Source of the DNA: a virus
Lineage: Duplodnaviria > Caudoviricetes
Virus record (IMG/VR): IMGVR_UViG_3300032092_000009
Coordinates: 46,869 to 110,868 of that record
Length of the DNA: 64,000 nucleotides
Reading direction: 5' to 3' (one strand)
Of this stretch, positions 16,548 to 26,258 are shown one piece after another; position 1 is the first letter of the stretch, and each line of letters begins with the position of its first letter. Below the pieces are notes generated by a model. It was not told the DNA's origin, did not search any database, and saw only the letters and a program-made list of their open reading frames with translations. Both the position numbers and the translations under genes were made by a program.

Positions 16548-19001
16548 ATGATTATTGAATCTCTCAAAGAGTACACTGATCCACTAAATCACGCCTATTT
16601 CTACCCAGAGCAATTTGTAAGCTTATCGGAGAAACAGAAAGAGCAGTGGATTAAGTCTACTATGGACTACTTTGCAAATATTGCATTTTCGCAGTATAAG
16701 CAAAATATCAACTTCAGAAAGAACTACCGTTTGCTTAACGGTGAATTCAACTTTGCTGACTACACAAACGTCCCTGAGTATCAGGAGATGATAAGCTATT
16801 TGAATGATGTTCCAGATCAGGAACCTGAAGTACCCCAGCATTTGAAGCACTATCCAATAGTTAATCCTCCTATCAATCAGTTGAAGGGTGAGTTGATTAA
16901 TCGTCCTCACAAATACAAGGTAAAAGCTGTGGATGATGAAGCCATCAACGAGACTATTGACTTTAGAACTGAGTTGATTAAGGAACACTTCCTACAAAAA
17001 CTGCAAGCACAGATGGAAGGTCAGGAGATAGATCCAGAACAAGAGGCTCAGATGCAGCAAGAGATCCAGGATAAAATCTTGGATTACACTTCAGTTGCTG
17101 AAGAGTGGGGTAACAAAACTCTTAATGCACTCAAGTATCATTTTAACTTTAGAGAGAAGTCACAAGGATCTTTCTTAGATTTTTTGGTAACAGGTAAAGA
17201 GTTTCACCACTTCTACCCTGATAATTCTCGCTTAGGTTTTAATTATAAAGTAGAGAATCCATCTAACGTATGGTACCTGGCTAACCGTAATGCTCAGTAT
17301 ACTTCTGATTGTTGGGCACTAGGTCTTATCGAAGTTCTTTCTATGACTGAGATTGTAGAACGTTACAATCTAACAGGAGAAGAAGTAGAACATCTTAAGA
17401 ATCGTTCTCTGCAAAACTTAAGAAACAATGAGTACTCTCCTTTGGCTCCTGCTCTTCCAGATCCTAACGATCCTTTGTGGCAGTTGACTTTTGAAAACGT
17501 AGGTGACTTTGCCAACGGAGGTATTGACCATAACGTATTCTCATTTAACTCTCAGCACTCTTACACAGTTGTTACTTCTTACTGGCAGTCTAAAAAGAAA
17601 ATCTTTAAGAGAACTTTCCTAGACGAAGAAGGATTTCAACAAGAGATGTTTGTATCTGAAGACTACAAGATGGACAAAACTCTGGGTGATGTTATGCTTG
17701 AAGAACTTTGGATTAACGAATGGTGGAGAGGTATCAAGATTGGAGCAGACATCTACGTAAACGTAGAACCCTTAGAATTTACTCAACAGGCTCCTATCGT
17801 AGGTATCATTAATACTACTCGTAACACTCAAGGTAAATCTTTGTTAGATCTTCTTAAGCCCTACCAGGTTCTTTACAACATCTGTATGAACCAGTTGTGG
17901 GAATTGCTTGAGAAAGAAATTGGGGTTGTGTTCTTAGGTGACCTTAAAGTTGTTCCTAAGAAAGATTCTCAAGATCCTATTGAGACAATGCTTTGGAATG
18001 CCAAGAACAGAGGTACTCTTTTGATTGATACTTCTATTGAGAATACAGGAGGAGCTGTACAGTTCAACCAATTCTCTCGTATGGATCTTACACGTTCTCA
18101 GGAAATTCAAGCACGTATCCAACTAGCTCAACAACTTCGTTTAGAGGCTTATGAACTAGTAGGTCTTACTCGTCAACGTTTAGGTAACTCTCAAGCATCA
18201 GACACAGCAACTGCTGCTAACAATGCTTTGATTCAATCCTTTGCTCAGACAGAGACTTGGTTTGCTTGGCATGATAACATCTTGCAGAAAGTGTATCAGA
18301 CTATCTTGGACATGGCTCAGTATATTGAGTTGCAGAAACCTACTTCTACGCTTAACTACTTAAACTCTGAACTAGAGACAGTATTCCTAAGAGTAAGTAA
18401 GAATGAACTCCTTCATGAACTATTCGTATTCGTTTCTTCTTACGCAGAAGATAAAGTAACCCTAGAACAGTTGAAGCAATTGGCTCAGCCTGCTATGCAG
18501 AATGGAGCAGAGCTCTCTGAAATGGTAGACTTGTTTACTGCTAACTCTGAAAGAAATCTACGTAAGACTTTGGGTGATGTTCAGAAACGTAAAGAAGCTA
18601 TTCGTCAACAAGAGCAAGCTATGAAACAACAAGAGTTGCAGCAACAGCAAGCACAGTTTGAACAGAAGATGCAGATGGATGCTGCTCAGAAAGCAGAGGA
18701 TGCACGTAGAGAAGATATGAACAAGCAGCTTGATCGTGAGAACAGACTTCAGGTAGTACAACTTCAAGGTATTGCTAACGAAGGTTCTTATAATCCTGAA
18801 GTAGACACTACAGGTCTTCTAATTCAACAAACTAAAATGGCTCAAGAAATTTCTAAGCAAAGCTTTGATAAAGTAGTTAAAGATAAAGAGCTTAGTTTGA
18901 AGGAGAAAGAGCTGTCTCTCAAGGAGAAAGACATCGACAACAAACTAAAAATAGCTCAAACAAATAAAAATAAATACGATTCAGGCTCAAAAAAGAAATA
19001 A
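16548..19001 (+). CDS. Portal protein
   Basis: 817 aa after TerL; HYPIVNP..NQLKGE, KPYQVLYNI and GLTRQRLG motifs of crAss portals; Q-rich coiled-coil tail. Confidence 0.88.
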   Translation: MIIESLKEYTDPLNHAYFYPEQFVSLSEKQKEQWIKSTMDYFANIAFSQYKQNINFRKNYRLLNGEFNFADYTNVPEYQEMISYLNDVPDQEPEVPQHLKHYPIVNPPINQLKGELINRPHKYKVKAVDDEAINETIDFRTELIKEHFLQKLQAQMEGQEIDPEQEAQMQQEIQDKILDYTSVAEEWGNKTLNALKYHFNFREKSQGSFLDFLVTGKEFHHFYPDNSRLGFNYKVENPSNVWYLANRNAQYTSDCWALGLIEVLSMTEIVERYNLTGEEVEHLKNRSLQNLRNNEYSPLAPALPDPNDPLWQLTFENVGDFANGGIDHNVFSFNSQHSYTVVTSYWQSKKKIFKRTFLDEEGFQQEMFVSEDYKMDKTLGDVMLEELWINEWWRGIKIGADIYVNVEPLEFTQQAPIVGIINTTRNTQGKSLLDLLKPYQVLYNICMNQLWELLEKEIGVVFLGDLKVVPKKDSQDPIETMLWNAKNRGTLLIDTSIENTGGAVQFNQFSRMDLTRSQEIQARIQLAQQLRLEAYELVGLTRQRLGNSQASDTATAANNALIQSFAQTETWFAWHDNILQKVYQTILDMAQYIELQKPTSTLNYLNSELETVFLRVSKNELLHELFVFVSSYAEDKVTLEQLKQLAQPAMQNGAELSEMVDLFTANSERNLRKTLGDVQKRKEAIRQQEQAMKQQELQQQQAQFEQKMQMDAAQKAEDARREDMNKQLDRENRLQVVQLQGIANEGSYNPEVDTTGLLIQQTKMAQEISKQSFDKVVKDKELSLKEKELSLKEKDIDNKLKIAQTNKNKYDSGSKKK

Positions 19002-19008
19002 AATGAGC

Positions 19009-19050
19009 TTAAAGTAGGGGGTTTTTGAGCCTGAAAATCCCCTATTTTAA
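19009..19050 (+). terminator. Long hairpin / terminator after the portal gene
   Basis: TTAAAGTAGGGGGTTTT-loop-AAAATCCCCTATTTTAA. Confidence 0.65.
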
Positions 19051-19086
19051 CTTAATGTGTATATCATAACCAAAATTATTAATCTC

Positions 19087-19116
19087 TTGTGTTAATTTTT
19101 TAAAATATTACTTTTG
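19087..19116 (+). promoter_or_regulatory. Bacteroidota-type promoter for scaffold/MCP
   Basis: TTG at 19087, TACTTTTG at 19109-19116. Confidence 0.6.
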
Positions 19117-19136
19117 AATTAAACCAAACTAACCTT

Positions 19137-20276
19137 ATGACACCTAATAGTTCTTTAGAGAATCTAGAGTTCTTTGACAGTTTTTCCGTAGATGATCCAA
19201 TTGATTTGGATACCGCTGTTGAAGATCCCAATGCAAACATCAAACCCGATATCCTAGGAGGAGAAGAGTTTGATCCTTTGAAAGATGAGGAAGAAGATAC
19301 TCCCCCAGCACCTCCAACACCTCCTAAGACTCCTGCTCCTGCTCCTGCAGAAGAGGAAGAAGAGGAAGAAGAGATAGACTTAGACGAAGATAACGAAGAA
19401 GGAGAAGAAAACTACTTCGAAGTATTCGGTAAAGGTCTTGTAAAAGCAGGAATGCTTAACGTAGAAGAGGGAGAAGAGATTGAATGGACTGAACAAACGT
19501 TCTTAGCTAAGATGAATGAAACCATTGAAGACAGAGCATGGAATCAGTTAGAGGAACTCGCAACCGAGACCTACGGAGAAGCAGGAGTACAGATGATCGA
19601 AGATATCTTCATTAACAAAGTACCTGTTCTAGAATACCTACAAAAGTTTTCAAACGAACAAATTGTAGAGAATGTAGACTTAACTGTAGAAGCAAACCAA
19701 GAAAGAGTTTTCCGTTTGTATCTAGCTAAGACAGGAATGGACGAAGATGAGATTACAGATCAACTTAACTACGCTAGAGATAATGATCGCTTAGAGGCAT
19801 ATGCTCAGAAGTACCACGGTAAACTGATAGAGAAGATGCAACAGGAAAGAGCAACACTCGCACAAGAGAGTGAAGCACGAGTACAGGCGATGAGACAAAA
19901 AGAAGAGGAAAGAGAACAGCTTTATGCTGACGTACTTGATAAAGCAATTGCTTCTGGTGCTATCGAAGGATACCCAATCAATGAACAGTCTGCAGGTGAT
20001 CTTTTTGATTTCGTTCTTTCTAAACCACACGTTCTTCCAAACGGTCAACGTATTAGTGAGTTTGAATACAAACTAGCTAAGATGCGTCAGGAAGATCCAA
20101 GTAAGTTTCTAGCTGTAGCAAAACTTGTTCAGAGTGATTTGGACTTGACTCCTGTAAAAAGAAAAGCTGTTACCGAAGAAACTAATTCTCTCTTCAATGA
20201 TTTAAAGACCAAGAGCAAGAAGTCAACTAAGCCTGCAAAGTCTAATGACGATCTATTCTCACGGTACTTCAAATAA
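19137..20276 (+). CDS. Putative capsid scaffolding protein
   Basis: Very acidic, Pro-rich N-terminus and coiled coils; lies between portal and MCP. Confidence 0.65.
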   Translation: MTPNSSLENLEFFDSFSVDDPIDLDTAVEDPNANIKPDILGGEEFDPLKDEEEDTPPAPPTPPKTPAPAPAEEEEEEEEIDLDEDNEEGEENYFEVFGKGLVKAGMLNVEEGEEIEWTEQTFLAKMNETIEDRAWNQLEELATETYGEAGVQMIEDIFINKVPVLEYLQKFSNEQIVENVDLTVEANQERVFRLYLAKTGMDEDEITDQLNYARDNDRLEAYAQKYHGKLIEKMQQERATLAQESEARVQAMRQKEEEREQLYADVLDKAIASGAIEGYPINEQSAGDLFDFVLSKPHVLPNGQRISEFEYKLAKMRQEDPSKFLAVAKLVQSDLDLTPVKRKAVTEETNSLFNDLKTKSKKSTKPAKSNDDLFSRYFK

Positions 20277-20308
20277 AAACACAAAAACAAAAAAAATAAA
20301 TTACTACT

Positions 20309-21832
20309 ATGCCTAATCAAAGTATTCCACATGTTAATGGGAGAGTTATAGCTAACGCTCACATGACAAGCTCATTCTATTCTAAGAATGGTTTGGGTAA
20401 ATTGACAGACAAGAATTTTGTTGAAACTATGTTGCGCACTAAGCCTGACCAGTATGACAAAATGATGATCCGTCTTTTCACTGACACTAAATTGTACAAG
20501 AACGACCTTTTGGATTTGGTCATGAAGACTGGTAAGCCTTTCATGGTTAACGATCCTAACGGTGTTTTCACCTACAAAATCAAGAAGCGTGCTGAGTTGC
20601 CAAAAATCATCATCGGTACTTCTGCTTCTAATCCTGGTAGAGATGGTTCTGTATTCGAATTGGTGTTTGACAAGAACGTATTCGTTGTAAACGATATCGT
20701 AACTGCTCACCGCTACGAGCAAGAGACTCAAATCCAGATCGTATCTGAAGGAGAGAAATTCCAAAACGGTTTCAAATACAAGTGTACTGCTGTTGGCGCT
20801 TCTGCTGCTGATTTCGTAGATGCTCGTTTCTTGGCTGTAGGAGTTGAGTACTTCAAGATCGGTAACGTATTGGGTGAGTACACCACTTCATTCTCTAGCT
20901 TGGGATTGTTCGATGGTAACTTGGAAGTAATGGCTGACGTATTGCAACAGTATGGTGTTGAACACACTATCACTGACTGGGCTGATGCTACCAAATTGGG
21001 TATGCAAACTGATGCAGCTGGTAATCCTATGGATATCACCTACTACTCAGTTTCTGATCCTATGGCTGAAGGCGAAAAGACCAAGATTGTTGGTTGGGAG
21101 CCTACTGTATCTCGTTTGTTGCGTATGGAAATGTTGCGTATGAAGGCTAACACTTTGATGTGGGGTCGTCAAGGTAACGGTAAAGACGAAAAAGGTCGTC
21201 CTACTCGTGCCAAGCAAGGTTTGTGGCAGCAATTGCACTTGGGTAACGTTATCTATTATGATCGTGGCCAGTTCTCTTTGAACTTGATTCGTACTGCTAT
21301 CGGTGACTTGTTCTACAACCGTGTGTTGATTAAAGATCGTAGCGTGAAGATCTACACTAACCGTTCTGGTATGGAGTTGGCTTCTACTGCTATCCGCAAA
21401 GACTTCAACGGTCAGAACTTTACTGTATCTGCTGATAAGTTCTTGGATGGTAAAGATCGTACCAAGCAAGGTTACGCTTTCCAATTCGATCACTTCATGA
21501 CCACCGAAACTGGTCCTGTAGAATTCGTAGAATTGGAACAGTTGAACGAGCATGCTACTTTCTTGGAGTTGGGTCCTAACAAGAAGACTCCTCCAATCTT
21601 CATCATCTTGGATGTAAGTGGTCAAGAAGACGCTGGTATCCGTGAGGTAAAATTGTCTACTCGTCCTAACATGTACTACCAGTACATTGCAGGTTCAGTA
21701 GGATTCGGTGCTCAACAGACATCAATCGCTAACAAAGATCCTTACAGTACCTACATCATGAAGGACTTCTGTGGTATCTTCTTGGAAGATCCTACCAAGA
21801 CTGTAATCATTAAAGAATTCCCTCGCATCTAA
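20309..21832 (+). CDS. Major capsid protein
   Basis: 507 aa; position after scaffold; LMWGRQG and GLWQQL motifs; strongly biased codon usage (TTG/CGT/GGT/TTC) of a highly expressed gene. Confidence 0.88.
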   Translation: MPNQSIPHVNGRVIANAHMTSSFYSKNGLGKLTDKNFVETMLRTKPDQYDKMMIRLFTDTKLYKNDLLDLVMKTGKPFMVNDPNGVFTYKIKKRAELPKIIIGTSASNPGRDGSVFELVFDKNVFVVNDIVTAHRYEQETQIQIVSEGEKFQNGFKYKCTAVGASAADFVDARFLAVGVEYFKIGNVLGEYTTSFSSLGLFDGNLEVMADVLQQYGVEHTITDWADATKLGMQTDAAGNPMDITYYSVSDPMAEGEKTKIVGWEPTVSRLLRMEMLRMKANTLMWGRQGNGKDEKGRPTRAKQGLWQQLHLGNVIYYDRGQFSLNLIRTAIGDLFYNRVLIKDRSVKIYTNRSGMELASTAIRKDFNGQNFTVSADKFLDGKDRTKQGYAFQFDHFMTTETGPVEFVELEQLNEHATFLELGPNKKTPPIFIILDVSGQEDAGIREVKLSTRPNMYYQYIAGSVGFGAQQTSIANKDPYSTYIMKDFCGIFLEDPTKTVIIKEFPRI

Positions 21833-21847
21833 TTGCGAATCTATGAC

Positions 21848-21871
21848 GGAGGGGGTTTAATAGCCCCCTCC
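21848..21871 (+). terminator. GC-rich hairpin after MCP (stabiliser or weak terminator)
   Basis: GGAGGGGGT...GCCCCCTCC with no U-tract. Confidence 0.55.
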
Positions 21872-21911
21872 TGATTAGATAAAGTTAGAACTAAACCAAA
21901 AACCAAACCAA

Positions 21912-22850
21912 ATGAGTAAACAAATAGCACAGGGAGTGCGTATTATTCGTCCCTTCAAACGTCAACCATCTAGCATGCGCACCTTAGAGGGTTCATTGTA
22001 CCAGAATGGATACAACTTCATTCCAGGAACAGTAAGAAAATTTTTCCCACGAGTTGATTCACGTGGAGTAATTCGGACAGGATTAGACGAGAACTCTCCA
22101 AAGTTCCGTGGAATCTTAGACCTAAAAGTTAGAGAGCAAGAGATTCAAAGAGTTACACAACTTAGAGAATACTACGAGTCTATCCTAGACGAGTCCTTGT
22201 TGCCTAACAGTACGTTCTATGACGAAATCAAAGAAAATGGCTATACCCTAGAAGACGGTGACAACCTCTTCAATATGGAAAATCCAAGAGACGCAATCAA
22301 TTTCTATTGGTTAATGGAAACTGATATGGTTGCTGCTTCTATGGATGATATAGAAAGTGGTAAAGTCGATACATCAATTGTAAAATTCTACGTTTACAAT
22401 GGTGATGTTGAAACTAAGACAACCTTTGAGCGTAAGAAAAAGATCAACAGCGCTATTGCATCTCTTGATAAGATGACTGCAAGCAAGCGTAAGAAGGTTC
22501 AGAAACTTATCGGCTTAGGTTTGCCTATGGATGCTACAGAAGAAGAAGTTTACAATGCAGTAGATGAATTCCTCCGTACACCTGCCTCTGCTCTAGATAG
22601 AGACCCTATCGAACAGTTTAACAGAATCATGGCTTACAGTGATGATTTGTTGGATGTTAAGTCTCTGGTTAGAGATCTAGTAGATAAAAACATAGTTAGA
22701 ATTAAAGGTTCTATTGTATACGAAGGTGAGCATGTGTGGTCTAAGTCAATTGAAGAGTTTGAACTTTTCTTGGCAGATCCTAAGAACACTGAAGAGTACA
22801 CAGCCTTTAAAGAAAAACTAAAGAACAAAGCACGAATTGACGCTCTATAA
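21912..22850 (+). CDS. Conserved crAss-like capsid-module protein (gene after MCP)
   Basis: 312 aa, syntenic position after MCP. Confidence 0.6.
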   Translation: MSKQIAQGVRIIRPFKRQPSSMRTLEGSLYQNGYNFIPGTVRKFFPRVDSRGVIRTGLDENSPKFRGILDLKVREQEIQRVTQLREYYESILDESLLPNSTFYDEIKENGYTLEDGDNLFNMENPRDAINFYWLMETDMVAASMDDIESGKVDTSIVKFYVYNGDVETKTTFERKKKINSAIASLDKMTASKRKKVQKLIGLGLPMDATEEEVYNAVDEFLRTPASALDRDPIEQFNRIMAYSDDLLDVKSLVRDLVDKNIVRIKGSIVYEGEHVWSKSIEEFELFLADPKNTEEYTAFKEKLKNKARIDAL

Positions 22851-22867
22851 TAAACTAAATAACTGAT

Positions 22868-23584
22868 ATGATCCCTGTTGAGGAACTCATCTATGAGTTT
22901 AAACTAACTTTAAATAAAATCAATCGTCAGGATAACATTGATATCCCGATTGAAGATATTATAGTTTACCTCAACAAGGCTCAGATTAGCTGGGTTAAAA
23001 CAAAGATTAACCCTAACAATGTTTACAAAGTAGGGTACGATTCGATAAGGAAACGGATTGATGATCTTCAGGTTCTGAAGGAAAGCAATGTTCCCTTAAA
23101 GCCAATAAAAACAAACGATCTCTTTCATGTCGGATATGATTGTCCTTTGAAAGATGCAGCAAACTATATGTTCTACATTTCGTCTTATGCTATGGCTAAA
23201 AACGGCACTTGTGTTGAGCCAATAACTGTAGACTTAATTAGACATGGAGAACTTACGACTAAGTATCTAGATGGAAATTACAACCCTTCGTTTGAGTGGA
23301 GAACAACTATAGCCACACTGGGGAACGATAATTTGACTATATATACTGATAGTAAGTTTCAGATTCAAAAAGTGTTTATGACGTACTTACGTTATCCCCT
23401 CAATATAGATGTAGAGGGCTACGTTAAGTTTGACGGAACAACATCTAAGAATCAAAACTCAGAACTTCCTGAATATGCTAAGTCAGACCTAGTCGATTTA
23501 GCTGTGAAGTTCGCTGCTCAATCTACAGATAATCAAGCTCAGGCAGTGTTTGCCGAAGATCGTTTAAACAAAAATACTGAATAA
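22868..23584 (+). CDS. Tail/neck ring protein
   Basis: EDIIVYLNKAQ, KRIDDLQVL, YLRYP, SELPE..DLVDLAV resemble crAss ring proteins. Confidence 0.65.
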   Translation: MIPVEELIYEFKLTLNKINRQDNIDIPIEDIIVYLNKAQISWVKTKINPNNVYKVGYDSIRKRIDDLQVLKESNVPLKPIKTNDLFHVGYDCPLKDAANYMFYISSYAMAKNGTCVEPITVDLIRHGELTTKYLDGNYNPSFEWRTTIATLGNDNLTIYTDSKFQIQKVFMTYLRYPLNIDVEGYVKFDGTTSKNQNSELPEYAKSDLVDLAVKFAAQSTDNQAQAVFAEDRLNKNTE

Positions 23585-23595
23585 TATATAAAACT

Positions 23596-24660
23596 ATGAA
23601 TCACAAGATCACACAAATCTTTGTACCTAACGCAGTATCTGCTGCTACTAGTACTTTTGCAATGGCTGAAAAGTCTGTTGCTGCTTTTAATGCAGACTTG
23701 ACTTCCAACTTGGGAGCAACTCCTGCTGTTCCTGCATCTTTCCAATTGGTTTTCGGAACAGGTACCAACAACAAATACGGTACTTTCAAAACTGGTGTTA
23801 TCAAGCAAAGCAACATTTTGTCTGTAACTAAGACAAATGCTGACTTGACTGTAACTCAGCAAGTTTCTTACATTGGTTGGGATGAAGCTTCTGCTGCTAC
23901 TCCTGTTTTCAAATGTGACGAAGAGTATGTTGTTACTTTGAAAATTGACGAGTACTGGAGCAAAGGCATCTATCAACCAATGATCCAAGAGTCAGTAGTA
24001 GTTAAGACTGCTTGCTGCTCTGATTGTGGTGGTGACTGCGATGCTTTGTCTGCAGCTACTTACATGACTGCTATTGTTACCAAGATCAACGCTTCTCCTT
24101 TGTTGAGCAAGTATGTAGTTGCTTCTTTGGTATCTAGCGGCTCTAACTACGGTGTTAAATTGGTAGGTAAGGCTTTGGATGAATTCGGAAACGCTTGTGT
24201 TCCTGATGCAGTTCCTTACGTATTCAACTTGGTACGTTTCAAGGCTCACGTACATGCTGGTCCTTACAACACTCAAGACTTTGACATCGAAGATTCTTGC
24301 GCTGCTTGGACTATCACTTACGCTACTCCTGTTAAATACCCAGTAGGTGCTAAAGCAGCTATGGCTGAAATGGAGCGTAACTACTTCACTAACAACTTGC
24401 CTGCTGTTGCTGAAGCTCGCTACTACTGGAATCCTATCTACAACGAGGATGCTAACAAGTTCATGTATGTTCCTACTTACACTGCCGCTACAGGTTTTGA
24501 AATGTATGAAATTACTTTCTTGGAAGATTCTCCAGTAGGTTTCGAGAAGAAGACTCAAAACACTCACTCAGTTATCTTGTTGAGTGAAGAGGGTGGAGCA
24601 GGTGAAGCTGCTATCCGTGCTTTGATTAACGCTTTGACTGGTCAGTCTTTCGTAGACTAA
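23596..24660 (+). CDS. Auxiliary capsid / decoration protein
   Basis: 354 aa, MCP-like codon bias, syntenic with the crAss auxiliary capsid gene. Confidence 0.6.
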   Translation: MNHKITQIFVPNAVSAATSTFAMAEKSVAAFNADLTSNLGATPAVPASFQLVFGTGTNNKYGTFKTGVIKQSNILSVTKTNADLTVTQQVSYIGWDEASAATPVFKCDEEYVVTLKIDEYWSKGIYQPMIQESVVVKTACCSDCGGDCDALSAATYMTAIVTKINASPLLSKYVVASLVSSGSNYGVKLVGKALDEFGNACVPDAVPYVFNLVRFKAHVHAGPYNTQDFDIEDSCAAWTITYATPVKYPVGAKAAMAEMERNYFTNNLPAVAEARYYWNPIYNEDANKFMYVPTYTAATGFEMYEITFLEDSPVGFEKKTQNTHSVILLSEEGGAGEAAIRALINALTGQSFVD

Positions 24661-24672
24661 TCTAAAGAATAT

Positions 24673-24699
24673 GTGGGGGATTAAGTTCCCCCACTTTTT
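24673..24699 (+). terminator. Rho-independent terminator
   Basis: GTGGGGGA...TCCCCCAC followed by T5. Confidence 0.8.
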
Positions 24700-24722
24700 C
24701 TAACCTATTAATTTAAATCGAA

Positions 24723-25019
24723 ATGAAAGATATCACTCTAAAACCTGGAACATTCAGTGAACCCTTGGAAAATGCTTCTGGCAAAGGTCCTGGGAAATCA
24801 CTTGTAAAATTCATCCTGAAGGTTTTGTCTAGTAGCTCTACTTGCTGCGACAAGACTTTTGCTTACGGAACAGTAAACAACTCTACCGTTACTCTTTTGT
24901 CTTACACCACTGCAGAATTGACTGCATTGACTACTAAGCCAGAAGGTACCTTGGCATACGATACTACTTTGAACAAAGTACACGTATACACTGGTTCTGC
25001 TTGGGTAGCTCTCCACTAA
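24723..25019 (+). CDS. Small virion protein (head-fibre-like C-terminus)
   Basis: GTLAYDTTLNKVHVYTGSAW fibre-type motif. Confidence 0.55.
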   Translation: MKDITLKPGTFSEPLENASGKGPGKSLVKFILKVLSSSSTCCDKTFAYGTVNNSTVTLLSYTTAELTALTTKPEGTLAYDTTLNKVHVYTGSAWVALH

Positions 25020-25030
25020 TCACTAAATAA

Positions 25031-25059
25031 AAGGGGGAGGTAATACTCCCCTCTTTTTT
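25031..25059 (+). terminator. Rho-independent terminator
   Basis: GGGGGAG...CTCCCCT stem followed by a T-tract. Confidence 0.75.
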
Positions 25060-25066
25060 AAAAACT

Positions 25067-25573
25067 ATGAACGTACAACTCAACTTAGAAGCACTTAAAG
25101 CAAAGGATTGCGCTTACTTGTCAATTCTTGATACATCAGTATATCCATTAGCTCCTGATACAGCAGAGATCTCTATCTCAGTACCAGGGTATGACAATCC
25201 ATTTACCTTCGATTACACTATCGGAGAAGTTAATATCTTTAACTCTTACAACTTTGGATTTACTACTTCAGCTACTACTGGCTTTACTGCTCTACCTGAT
25301 GGCGTTTATACATTAACTATTACTACTTGTCCTGATACAGGAGTTAACACTCGTTACCACTTGAGGACTTGTAAGATTGATTGTCGTCTAGGCGTACAGT
25401 GGGCTAAGTATGTAGACTGCTGTGAAGATGAGAAGACACTTTATTACTTAGACAAAATTGAGTTTTTGTTGAAGGGAGCTGAGGCACATGCTGACCTTTG
25501 CAACCCTGCAAAAGCTACTGAATTATATAAGAAAGCCGATGACCTACTCAAACGAATTGAGCTTGACTGTTAA
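25067..25573 (+). CDS. Virion structural protein (tail-hub-like)
   Basis: LSILDTSVYP, LPDGVYTLTI beta-rich motif; Cys-rich C-terminus. Confidence 0.5.
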   Translation: MNVQLNLEALKAKDCAYLSILDTSVYPLAPDTAEISISVPGYDNPFTFDYTIGEVNIFNSYNFGFTTSATTGFTALPDGVYTLTITTCPDTGVNTRYHLRTCKIDCRLGVQWAKYVDCCEDEKTLYYLDKIEFLLKGAEAHADLCNPAKATELYKKADDLLKRIELDC

Positions 25574-25727
25574 GAAAAAACTTGCTAATGCTGCTTACAA
25601 AGAACTACAGCATATCAAGTACTTAACAAAACCCTATTACAAAAAGTCTAGAGCATTAGCACGCTTCCTTAAGTATGCTGATTGTCTAGATTGCGACACA
25701 CAAGCAACCTTGAAAATTAAACTTTAA
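25539..25727 (+). CDS. Small hypothetical virion protein
   Basis: Likely ATG at 25539 (MTYSNELS...), overlapping the previous stop; CLDC motif. Confidence 0.45.
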   Translation: MTYSNELSLTVKKKLANAAYKELQHIKYLTKPYYKKSRALARFLKYADCLDCDTQATLKIKL

Positions 25728-25731
25728 AACA

Positions 25732-26256
25732 ATGACTAACTGCTGCCCCAATAACAACTGCGTAGAAATCGTTCCTTCTGGGTGCGTAAAGTATACAGGT
25801 ACTCCTACTACAGGAGGTCTGATTGATTCCTTTAATTCTTGTGACCCTTATCTGAATGACTTGCTTAAGTTGTTGGATGATAATGTTACTACACTTGATG
25901 CACGAGTAGGTTTAGATAAAACTACTTTTGATGCAGCTAATACTGCTTGTGGTACTACTCCAGTAATTTCAATGACAGGAGTAACAGTTAAGGATGACAA
26001 ATACTACTCTGCTGATGTAGTTATTAAGTTGGTAGGAGTTATTTGTGAATTGCGTTCTCGTCTTAACTATCTTACTACAGAAGACATTAACTCTAATCTA
26101 GGTAATCTTCACTGGGAAGACTTGCCTTTGAGTCCCTCTTTTAAAGCTTGGTTGACAGACAAATGTCTTGGAGATGATCCATGTGGTACAGGTGCTCCTA
26201 CTACATTGGGTGGATTATTGAGAGCTATCATTACTAAACTTTGTACTTGCTGCTAA
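25732..26256 (+). CDS. Cys-rich structural (fibre-associated) protein
   Basis: TNCCPNNNC, GCVKYTG, terminal LCTCC. Confidence 0.6.
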   Translation: MTNCCPNNNCVEIVPSGCVKYTGTPTTGGLIDSFNSCDPYLNDLLKLLDDNVTTLDARVGLDKTTFDAANTACGTTPVISMTGVTVKDDKYYSADVVIKLVGVICELRSRLNYLTTEDINSNLGNLHWEDLPLSPSFKAWLTDKCLGDDPCGTGAPTTLGGLLRAIITKLCTCC

Positions 26257-26258
26257 TT

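Noticed and set aside
14513-21832. Introns or inteins in TerL or MCP
   Set aside because: ORFs are continuous and of ordinary length, with no homing endonuclease or splicing motifs recognised
20372-24567. Long antisense ORFs over MCP and the auxiliary capsid gene (e.g. 21047-21625, 23992-24567)
   Set aside because: Expected shadows of strong codon bias; no protein-like features or promoters
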